Positions 37,801 to 45,581 of a stretch of 64,000 nt of DNA are shown here, in pieces. The notes beneath the pieces are model-generated. The model did not search any database. It saw only the letters and a program-made list of their open reading frames with translations, and was not told where the DNA came from. The DNA is from an uncultured Saprospiraceae bacterium (GTDB lineage: Bacteria; Bacteroidota; Bacteroidia; Chitinophagales; Saprospiraceae), in assembly GCA_937926205.1 (NCBI GenBank), contig CALEYL010000031.1:34121-98120 (forward strand), read 5' to 3'. The first letter of the stretch is position 1, and every line of letters starts with the position of its first letter. Position numbers and translations under genes: made by a program.

Positions 37801-38405
37801 ATCCAAGGTTTGACCTTCAGCTGGGGCAAACAAATCTTCGAAGCAGAATTGTACAGGTTTCGGGTTTTGAAAGCAGGCAGACGCTCGAAAACTTCCTGCG
37901 CGGCCGCTGGAACCCTGATCAGCACTGGAGCCTACAACTCGGCGTAACGCAAGGCAGGCGCGAAAGCGATTCTGAATTTTTCGATACGCGGGACTATACA
38001 ATTCTGTCGTGGAAGGGCGAACCTCAAATTACCTACCTGCCCAATAAAACGTTTCGGACCATCCTGCGCTACCGGCTCCAGCGCGACCGGAATACCCTGA
38101 ACGACGCCGGTGAAACGGCTTTGCACAACGACTTCAGCCTTGAAGCGGCCTACAACCAGTCAGCAAAATCTTCCTTTCGCTTAAGGGCTTCCTACATTTC
38201 GATAGCGTTTGACGGGCAAGTCAATTCTCCCGTTGGTTTTGCGCTCCTGAACGGCTTGCAAAAAGGTCAGAATTACCTGTGGAATCTGGGATTGGATCGC
38301 CAGCTGGGCAAAAACCTGCGCCTTTCTATGAGTTATGAGGGGCGGAAAACCGGAAAATCAGAAGTAGTCCATGTTGGCCGGATGCAGGTAACGGCAGTTT
38401 TTTAG
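34884..38405 (+). CDS. large predicted outer-membrane beta-barrel protein, family not recognised
   Basis: Start moved to [22 protein letters not shown] (signal peptide). The listed ORF start 34575 runs antisense through the thioredoxin-like gene. Beta-strand-rich with alternating hydrophobicity, ending ...GRMQVTAVF (aromatic C-terminal residue typical of OMPs). Confidence 0.75.
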   Translation: [1173 protein letters not shown]

Positions 38406-38408
38406 CAT

Positions 38409-39395
38409 TTACAAATATTGCCTGAAAATGGCCTTCTCCTGATCAAGGTTCAAAAAAGGAAACTCCTGGTGCAATGTTTCTATTAAACCCAGTTGTTGTT
38501 GTATAAAAATCCGGTGCTCGGCAGTATCAGGATGCAAAGGCCGGTGGCGTGCGGCAGCGCTGATTTTGGAAATGCGGCGGTTGAGCGCAAGTGTCTCTTC
38601 AGTAAACCAGCTTGCCGCAAAATAATCCCGGATATAGCCAATTGCCTGCTCGTTTGGATGGATCATGTCTGTTTCGTAAAAGCGGTAGTCGCGCAAGTCA
38701 TCCAGCAACAACTCATACGCCGGAAAATAGTGGACAAAAGGAAATTGCCTGCAAAGCGCTTCGAGGGCCAGAACCAGGGTCGCCTTGCTGCGCTGGTTTT
38801 CCACCATCCCATCCCTGATGTGCCGTACCGGGCTGACCGATACCAGGATTTCAAGATCGGGGCGGCTTGCTTTCCACTGCGCTATGGGCGCAGAAAGAGC
38901 GCCGACCACCTCTCCTACCCCAAGGCGACGTTTTTCAAAATCCGCAGCAGGAAACTTGTGACAATTGGCAGCCACGCGACCGCTTTCCTTTCGGGTATAC
39001 ACCAGAGCCGTTCCAGGGGTCAGAATCAACCTGTTTGCGCGCTGTGCAAAAGCAAAACCGTCCTCCAGTGCTTTATTTATACCCTGAAGTGCCTGATTTG
39101 CATTGGAATACGAAAAAACACCATGATGGTCGAAGCTATGCCACAACCCGCCATGCTGTACCAGGTCTGATGCCGTATAAGGCTCTTGTGTCAGCAAACG
39201 CGACAAGCCTTCGCCCATAGAAACCGGATTGTATAAAATGCCGAAAGGGTTGATCAGGCAGGAGAATTTCAGATTTTGCAGCCAATCCCCCATATGCGTT
39301 GCAAAACAGGATCCCATGCACAGAATGGCGTCCTGATGACCGATGGAAACAGCGCTTTTTAAAGGAGCGGGCAGACTTGTGCGAAATTCGCTCAT
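38409..39395 (-). CDS. GSCFA-domain protein
   Basis: The literal family motif is present: ILCMGSCFATHMG. 328 aa. Confidence 0.85.
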   Translation of the reverse strand: MSEFRTSLPAPLKSAVSIGHQDAILCMGSCFATHMGDWLQNLKFSCLINPFGILYNPVSMGEGLSRLLTQEPYTASDLVQHGGLWHSFDHHGVFSYSNANQALQGINKALEDGFAFAQRANRLILTPGTALVYTRKESGRVAANCHKFPAADFEKRRLGVGEVVGALSAPIAQWKASRPDLEILVSVSPVRHIRDGMVENQRSKATLVLALEALCRQFPFVHYFPAYELLLDDLRDYRFYETDMIHPNEQAIGYIRDYFAASWFTEETLALNRRISKISAAARHRPLHPDTAEHRIFIQQQLGLIETLHQEFPFLNLDQEKAIFRQYL

Positions 39396-39546
39396 GGATT
39401 ACAGCATTGCGATTGGCCAAAAGTACTAATTTTGTCGGGAGGATGTATGAAAGAACCGAAAGCAGGATACCAGCTTTATCCTGTAAGCGGTCATACAAAG
39501 ATTAAGGTGCAACAACGGGTAATCGTAATGTTTCCCGAAAACACCT

Positions 39547-39588
39547 TCTAAAGTCTATCATCTGATATCTAAAATCTAAAGTCTAACC
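39547..39588. repeat. six tandem degenerate heptamers (TCTAAAG-type) abutting a start codon
   Basis: tctaaag tctatca tctgata tctaaaa tctaaag tctaacc, followed by ATG at 39589. Confidence 0.8.
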
Positions 39589-40899
39589 ATGAGTATCTGG
39601 GATCGCCTGTTTGGCAACAACACTTCAGTAGCCATTCAACCGGACATCAAATTCGGGCGATACAGCGATGCTTATAAGACGGAGTTGCAGCACGAAGCCT
39701 GGGACAGATCGCTTTCTGAGTTTGAATCACAGGAATACCTGAGCGCCTATATTTCTTTTTTGGAATACCTTAAAGACCCGGATGAAGACAATGTGCACTG
39801 GCAATTGGACAATGGGCAATTGTGTTTTGAATTATACCAGGGATCCAAAAAAATAAACGGCTATGCCGATGCGCTAAAAATCAAAATTGAATCAAAAATC
39901 GTCAAAACGCAAACGCTGAGTACAGCCATTCTCCGGCGTTTAATGGAGCAGAATTTCAGTCTCCAATTCAGTCGATTTGCATTGGATCCGGACAACAACC
40001 TCACCATCGTATTTGACACCTACACCCTCGACGGTTCGCCTTACAAATTGTACTACGCCTTGAAAGAACTGGCAACCAATGCCGACAAGCAGGACGATCT
40101 GCTGATGGATGAATTTGCCAACCTCGAGCCAGTGGAAGTAGCGCACCTCAAGCCGATTCCGGAAACAGAAAAAGAAGTGAAGTACAGCTGGCTGGAAAGG
40201 GAAATTCGCGAAACGCTGGAAGAGATTGATCACGGAAAATTGGATAAAAATCAATATCCGGGCGGTATTTCCTACCTGCTGCTCAACCTGGTCTACAAAT
40301 TGGACTATTTGATCAAGCCCGAAGGGTTTATGATGGAAACACTGGAACGGATGCACCGCTTGTATTTTGCAAAAGACGACCGAACTGTAGCGCAAAAAAA
40401 TCTTTTGTTTTGCAAAGAATTGCAGAAGCTGTCCGCTCGTCCCAAAGAAGCTTTTTTTAAAGAAATGTACCGGGTGCCCGCTACATTTGGCATTACCGTT
40501 TCGGTAGGCCACGAACAAGTTGTTCAGGTCATTAAGAGTGAGTTGCCGAAGATGGACTGGTACGAAGAAAACAACTACGAAAAAGTCGCGCTGGCCATTC
40601 CGGGCTACATTGCTGGTAAGTGTCTGTTCAATTTCGCGGTACCCAAACTCGACCGGGCTTTATTTCTCCTTTTTTTCCAGATTATGGAATCCGGGTATTT
40701 CACAGCCCTGGGATTTACGGAAAGTTATCGCGAAAGCGACGGGCAGACCTTTCAAAAAAAGGCGATAAAAAAAGCAATCGAGCAAATCGCGGAATCCCAC
40801 CAAAACCCTGCTCCGGATACCAGTTTGTTGGTTTTCGACAATCCTGCAAGCTTCGCCCGTTCCTTTTTGCAAATGATGGCGGAGATGAAAATCAAATAG
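39589..40899 (+). CDS. hypothetical cytoplasmic protein, no recognised domain
   Basis: 436-aa ORF with no signal peptide or TM segment and good coding character. Confidence 0.7.
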   Translation: MSIWDRLFGNNTSVAIQPDIKFGRYSDAYKTELQHEAWDRSLSEFESQEYLSAYISFLEYLKDPDEDNVHWQLDNGQLCFELYQGSKKINGYADALKIKIESKIVKTQTLSTAILRRLMEQNFSLQFSRFALDPDNNLTIVFDTYTLDGSPYKLYYALKELATNADKQDDLLMDEFANLEPVEVAHLKPIPETEKEVKYSWLEREIRETLEEIDHGKLDKNQYPGGISYLLLNLVYKLDYLIKPEGFMMETLERMHRLYFAKDDRTVAQKNLLFCKELQKLSARPKEAFFKEMYRVPATFGITVSVGHEQVVQVIKSELPKMDWYEENNYEKVALAIPGYIAGKCLFNFAVPKLDRALFLLFFQIMESGYFTALGFTESYRESDGQTFQKKAIKKAIEQIAESHQNPAPDTSLLVFDNPASFARSFLQMMAEMKIK

Positions 40900-40902
40900 G
40901 CG

Positions 40903-41844
40903 TTACTTTTTTTTCGATGTACTAATCAGCAAAACGCCGGCCAGAACCAGCGCCGTGCCCGGAATCTGCCAACCGCCAAACCTTTCACCCAGAAAAATAT
41001 ACCCCATTGCAATCGTAGCGATGGGTCCGATGCTGCTGATAATAGCGGTATTGGAAGCTCCGATAATCCGGATCCCTTCGCTGACCAGAAGGGTGGGCAA
41101 TACTGTAGAAAAGATGGCCATCGCCAGTACCAAACCGTAAAGCCCTGGCGGATAATCCATTAAGTTCCAGGGGTGTGTCACTGTGTGGTGCAGAATAATG
41201 GCAATACTGGCAATAATCATGGCTGTAGACGTATAGCGCACTGCCCCCATGCGCAAAATGTACTTTGTACTGCCCACCATATATATGGCGTATGCCAGCG
41301 CACTGATGAAGATCAAAGTTGCTCCAAGGGGGACATTGCTGCCGCCAAGTTCCGATCGGTCCAGTAAAGCCACCGCAACACCGCCATAAGTGAGGGCCAG
41401 GGCGATGTACTGGATACGCACAATGGCTTTTCTGAGAAAAAAAGCCGACAGCAGCAACACCATTGTTGGATAGATAAACAGAATCAGACGCTCCAGCCCC
41501 GCCGTAATGTATTGCAAACCCATAAAATCGAACAAGCTGGCGATGTAATATCCCGACAATCCAAAAACGGCAATGGACATCCAGTCGCGCCGACTCAAAG
41601 GGGTATATTGATCTGATTGCTGCTGGCGTCGTTTTCCTATCCAGGCATTGAAGAGAAAAAAAGGCAGCGAAAACAACATGCGCAGGGTGAGCAGGGAAAC
41701 ACTGTCTATTTCAAAGCGATAGGCCAATTTGACCAAAACGGCTTTGGCCGAAAAACAAATAGCACTAAGCAACACCAGGAGGGAGGCAATGATCCGAACC
41801 TTTTGGGAAGGAGAGGATGAAGCGGAGGGTGTGATTATTGACAT
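40903..41844 (-). CDS. DMT-superfamily (EamA-like) transporter
   Basis: About 10 TM segments in two EamA-like halves. 313 aa. Confidence 0.8.
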   Translation of the reverse strand: MSIITPSASSSPSQKVRIIASLLVLLSAICFSAKAVLVKLAYRFEIDSVSLLTLRMLFSLPFFLFNAWIGKRRQQQSDQYTPLSRRDWMSIAVFGLSGYYIASLFDFMGLQYITAGLERLILFIYPTMVLLLSAFFLRKAIVRIQYIALALTYGGVAVALLDRSELGGSNVPLGATLIFISALAYAIYMVGSTKYILRMGAVRYTSTAMIIASIAIILHHTVTHPWNLMDYPPGLYGLVLAMAIFSTVLPTLLVSEGIRIIGASNTAIISSIGPIATIAMGYIFLGERFGGWQIPGTALVLAGVLLISTSKKK

Positions 41845-41883
41845 CGGTGATGATTCATTGGCGAATTTGTCTGATGCTCACAT

Positions 41884-43365
41884 TCAATGTGCCGAAACCC
41901 GCTTCAGCAGGTTGTTCCGTTCGATTGCATACACGACCAGTACATACAACCCCAGCCAGGCGGTATTTGCCGTCGTGCGGAGGGCGAGGCCCGAAGGACT
42001 GAGCCATTCGCTCATGAAATAGATTCCAACTGCGAGGGCAATGTAAAGCGCCATCCTCCCTATCGGATAAGGAATGGGGTAATAACGCTGCCCGATGAGG
42101 TAGCCCGCAGCCATCATAGAGCCAAAGCAGGCCAATGCAGCCCATGCTGATCCGGCATAACCGATTTGCGGAATCAGTACAATGTTGGCCACAACGGTTA
42201 CCACAGCGCCACCTACAGAAATGTAAGCGCCTATGTGGGTTTGGTCTGTGAGTTTATACCAGGCCGAAAAATTGTAGTAGATGCCTAAAAACAGATAGGC
42301 AAGCAGGGTAATCGGAACAATGGCCAGCCCTTCGCGGTAACTCCCAGCTATGAGGAACTGAAAATAATCAAGGTATAACATGATGCCCAGAAAAGCCAGA
42401 CCTCCGGCCAACGCAAAGGATTGCCCCACCTGAGCATAGAGTTGCCGGGCATCGCTGCGCTCCGAATGGCTGAAAAAGAAAGGTTCTGCGGCGTATTTAA
42501 AAGCCTGGGTAAACAGGTTCATAAGTACGGCAATTTTGATGCAGGCATTGTAAACCCCCAATTGATCGAGGTTCTCACGGAGGTCTCCGGGCAGCAATTC
42601 CTTTAGCAAAAAGCGGTCTGAGAGCTGGTTGATCATGCCGGAAATACCAACGATGACCAGAGGCAGGGCATAAGCCATCATTTTCCGCCAAAGCATCTGA
42701 TCGAATTGCCAGCGCACCTTGCGCCACCACGGCAACAGCATGACGAATGTGACCACGCTCGCCAGCAAATTGGCGATGAAAACGTAATGCAGCTCATTCC
42801 CCGGGTAGTACAGCCCCGACAAAGAACCTTCGCCCTTTCCAATGATTGGTCCAATTTCCAGAAAAAAGACAATCAAGGTTCCGTTTACAACTACGTTCAC
42901 CACCTTCAGCATGGCAAAACGCATGGGGCGGTTTTCCAGGCGCATCCGCGCAAAGGGAATGGCGCACAGGGCATCAAGGCCGAGGATCAGGGCAAAATAA
43001 ATGACGTAGGCGGCATCCGAACGTTGAGTCAGCAGCCCCGCAATGCCCGGCGAAAAAACAATCATCAGGGAAGTGAAGGCCAATGTGCTGACCAACAAAG
43101 AAATAGAAGCTGTTGAATAGGCCCGCTCCCGATCTTCCATTTGACGGCCAAAACGAAAAAAGGCCGTTTCCATGCCGTAAGTTAGAAACACCATCAACAA
43201 ACCTGCAAAGGCATACATGAGTCCGTGAACACCGTATTCATCGCGCTTTCCTGCCAGTATCCGTGTCAGATAGGGCGTAATGATGATGAAGTTCAGGAGG
43301 TGAGACAGTATCGTGGCGCCTCCGTATATGGCAGTTTCGCCGGCTAATTTTTTTAGCAGGGACAT
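41884..43365 (-). CDS. polysaccharide/oligosaccharide flippase (Wzx/MOP-superfamily)
   Basis: N-terminus MSLLKKLAGETAIYGGATILSHLLNFIITPYLTR is typical of Bacteroidota polysaccharide-biosynthesis flippases. About 14 TM segments. Confidence 0.8.
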   Translation of the reverse strand: MSLLKKLAGETAIYGGATILSHLLNFIIITPYLTRILAGKRDEYGVHGLMYAFAGLLMVFLTYGMETAFFRFGRQMEDRERAYSTASISLLVSTLAFTSLMIVFSPGIAGLLTQRSDAAYVIYFALILGLDALCAIPFARMRLENRPMRFAMLKVVNVVVNGTLIVFFLEIGPIIGKGEGSLSGLYYPGNELHYVFIANLLASVVTFVMLLPWWRKVRWQFDQMLWRKMMAYALPLVIVGISGMINQLSDRFLLKELLPGDLRENLDQLGVYNACIKIAVLMNLFTQAFKYAAEPFFFSHSERSDARQLYAQVGQSFALAGGLAFLGIMLYLDYFQFLIAGSYREGLAIVPITLLAYLFLGIYYNFSAWYKLTDQTHIGAYISVGGAVVTVVANIVLIPQIGYAGSAWAALACFGSMMAAGYLIGQRYYPIPYPIGRMALYIALAVGIYFMSEWLSPSGLALRTTANTAWLGLYVLVVYAIERNNLLKRVSAH

Positions 43366-43404
43366 TTGAGCTGTTTTGAGGATGCAAGTTTAGGCATTAG
43401 AATT

Positions 43405-43479
43405 GAGATGTCAGATGTTAGATGTTAGATATTAGACGCCAGACGCCAGATGCCAGACGCCAGATGCCAGATGCGACGC
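43405..43479. repeat. ten tandem degenerate heptamers (YAGAYGY)
   Basis: gagatgt cagatgt tagatgt tagatat tagacgc cagacgc cagatgc cagacgc cagatgc cagatgc (gacgc). Lies in the divergent intergenic region between the flippase and pterin dehydratase genes. Confidence 0.85.
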
Positions 43480-43562
43480 AAAACAAGATAGAACAAGTTG
43501 CGCTCCACGATGTTGCTGTGTTTAGAATCAATTGTTAAGTCTAAAATTGAAATTACAAGGCC

Positions 43563-43805
43563 ATGTGGACCGAAGCCAACAACCAACTCAGCGCTGAATT
43601 GCGCTTTCAGGATTTTTCAGCTGCTTTTGCTTTCATGACAGAAGTCGCCCTGCTTGCTGAAAAAATGAATCACCATCCTAACTGGAGTAATGTCTGGAAC
43701 AAAGTAGACATTCACCTCAACACCCACGATGCCGGCAATACGGTTACTGAAAAAGACCGAAAACTGGCTGCTGCCATCGAAAAAGTCTTTGAAAAATACC
43801 AGTAA
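43563..43805 (+). CDS. 4a-hydroxytetrahydrobiopterin (pterin-4a-carbinolamine) dehydratase
   Basis: 80 aa. [36 protein letters not shown] is a PCD signature. Confidence 0.85.
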   Translation: MWTEANNQLSAELRFQDFSAAFAFMTEVALLAEKMNHHPNWSNVWNKVDIHLNTHDAGNTVTEKDRKLAAAIEKVFEKYQ

Positions 43806-43813
43806 ACACTGTT

Positions 43814-44443
43814 TTATGGAATGTGGAGCACTTTATGTGTTTGAAGGCTCAGGCGCCATTTAGGATGTGCGAGACAATAATCGAGGGTAAGCTTGATGTT
43901 TGCTGCCTGCTGGGGACTGTCCATCGGCTGCAGAAAAAAATGCCTGAAATCGAGCTGCTCAAAACGCTCAGGTTCTGCGCCAGCTTGCGGAAAAACCAGC
44001 TTCATTTCATCGCCTGATAACAAAACCAGTTCTGAACCCGCTTTCGGACTGACGCAAATCCAATCTATACCCGGAGGAGGCAGTATGGTTCCGTTGGTTT
44101 CAATAGCCACTTCAAAACCCTGCTTGTGCAAAGCATCGAGCAAAGGGACATCCAACTGCAACAGAGGTTCGCCGCCCGTACACACAACGTATGGTTTACC
44201 ACCACCGGGCCATTGTGCCGCAATAGCAGCAGCCAGGGATTCCGGCGTCTTGAAGCGACCGCCATTTGGCCCGTCTGTTCCGACAAAATCGGTATCACAG
44301 AACTGACAAATTGCTTTGTGGCGGTCTTCCTCCCTGCCGCTCCAAAGGTTGCAGCCGGTGAAACGGCAGAATACAGCAGCACGGCCTGTTTGTGCTCCTT
44401 CACCCTGTAAAGTATAGTATATTTCTTTGACTTTGTAAGACAT
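43814..44443 (-). CDS. queE: 7-carboxy-7-deazaguanine synthase (radical SAM)
   Basis: Start moved to MSYKVKEIYYTLQGEG. Cluster motif C-x14-C-x2-C (CNLWSGREEDRHKAICQFCDTDF), as in Burkholderia-type QueE. The 19 upstream codons of the listed ORF are the heptamer array. Confidence 0.85.
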   Translation of the reverse strand: MSYKVKEIYYTLQGEGAQTGRAAVFCRFTGCNLWSGREEDRHKAICQFCDTDFVGTDGPNGGRFKTPESLAAAIAAQWPGGGKPYVVCTGGEPLLQLDVPLLDALHKQGFEVAIETNGTILPPPGIDWICVSPKAGSELVLLSGDEMKLVFPQAGAEPERFEQLDFRHFFLQPMDSPQQAANIKLTLDYCLAHPKWRLSLQTHKVLHIP

Positions 44444-44444
44444 T

Positions 44445-44493
44445 GGTAAGCGGTGAACGGTGGACGGTGGACGGTAGAGGGTGGACGGTGGAG
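44445..44493. repeat. seven tandem degenerate heptamers (GGTGGAC-type)
   Basis: ggtaagc ggtgaac ggtggac ggtggac ggtagag ggtggac ggtggag. Starts 1 nt from the queE ATG. Confidence 0.85.
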
Positions 44494-44520
44494 CGAGCAT
44501 ATGAAAGCAGTCTGCCCCCC

Positions 44521-44576
44521 TTTAACCTTTATCCTTTCTACTTTAACCTTGTTCCTTTAACCTTATTCCATTAACC
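44521..44576. repeat. eight tandem degenerate heptamers (TTTAACC-type)
   Basis: tttaacc tttatcc tttctac tttaacc ttgttcc tttaacc ttattcc attaacc. Ends just before the nusB stop. Confidence 0.85.
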
Positions 44577-44581
44577 TTCAA

Positions 44582-45517
44582 TTATTCAATCAGTCCACGC
44601 CCTTCCTTCACAATTTTACCGTCTTTCTGCAGTTTTTTCATCAGTCGGTCCAGTATGCCGTTGATAAAATCCTTGCTTTTGTCGGTACTGTAGATCTTTG
44701 ATATTTCAACATATTCATTCAAAGTCACCTTGGTAGGAATGCTCGGAAAAAACATCATTTCGCACAGCGCCATTTTGATAAGAATCATGTCAATAATAGC
44801 AACGCGCTCAGCATCCCAGTTTTTTAGTGCCGGTTCGATGATGTCAAGCAATTCGGTATTGGCATGGAAAGATTTTTCAACCAGCAGCTCTCCAAATTCT
44901 TTCACTGCTTCTTCCGGAGGCCGGTATGCTTCATGAAAATTAGGCTCTGCAGGCAGGGCTTTCAGTATTTTTTTCATGGAACCAACGATGAGCGACTTGT
45001 CATCGATCCAGGCTGGATAGTTATCTTCGATGAGCTCGTTGAAGGTTTCATCGCCACAGCAGTGCTTATAGAGGAACAGCAACATCTCCATGTGATCTTC
45101 CTCTGTGGTATCGTCCTTCAGAACGTAGTTTTTGTACAATTCTGATTTGGCAAACTCCGTGTAGATCAATCTGACATTGTCCTCATCAATAAGTTCATCC
45201 AGGTGATAAGCCCGAATCAGGCGTTTAAGCTCTTCATTGTCGGCAATGGAAGCCATCAGGCTGTTGTCGCAGAGTTTGGTATTGAAGAGCCGGTCTTCAT
45301 CTGTCGGGCGTAATTTAGCTGTTTTTTTGGCGGCGTCCTGACGCGCAAACCCTGCAATGCGGATCAGTGCATCCAGATTAAACAACAACAACTCAAAAGA
45401 GCGGCTGATGCTTTTGCGATACAATTGCATGACACTGCCAAAGGTCAGTTCCTGATCTTTGCCGGCTGCATAAAGCACCTGCATAACTTTGATACGAACA
45501 TTTCGTCTGCTCAACAT
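44582..45517 (-). CDS. nusB: transcription antitermination factor NusB (long Bacteroidota form)
   Basis: N-terminus MLSRRNVRIKVMQVLYA. C-terminal NusB core ERVAIIDMILIKMALCEMMFFPSIPTKVTLNEYVEISKIYSTDKSKDFINGILDRL. Confidence 0.8.
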   Translation of the reverse strand: MLSRRNVRIKVMQVLYAAGKDQELTFGSVMQLYRKSISRSFELLLFNLDALIRIAGFARQDAAKKTAKLRPTDEDRLFNTKLCDNSLMASIADNEELKRLIRAYHLDELIDEDNVRLIYTEFAKSELYKNYVLKDDTTEEDHMEMLLFLYKHCCGDETFNELIEDNYPAWIDDKSLIVGSMKKILKALPAEPNFHEAYRPPEEAVKEFGELLVEKSFHANTELLDIIEPALKNWDAERVAIIDMILIKMALCEMMFFPSIPTKVTLNEYVEISKIYSTDKSKDFINGILDRLMKKLQKDGKIVKEGRGLIE

Positions 45518-45581
45518 GACTTTTCTGGAAGCAGTTTTTTTTTGAGACTGTAAAGGAAAACAATTTTCCCAACTACCTCGC

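Noticed and set aside
43405-44576. Whether the short tandem arrays here, and those at 33.6, 34.2, 39.5, 52.4 and 59.1 kb, could be CRISPR arrays.
   Set aside because: The units are 7-8 nt with no spacers, no repeat of 24 nt or more, no leader and no cas genes. They are micro- or minisatellite-like, not CRISPR.
44444-44581. A preQ1 riboswitch upstream of queE.
   Set aside because: The leader consists of two heptamer arrays and a short spacer. I see nothing resembling the preQ1-I/II consensus.
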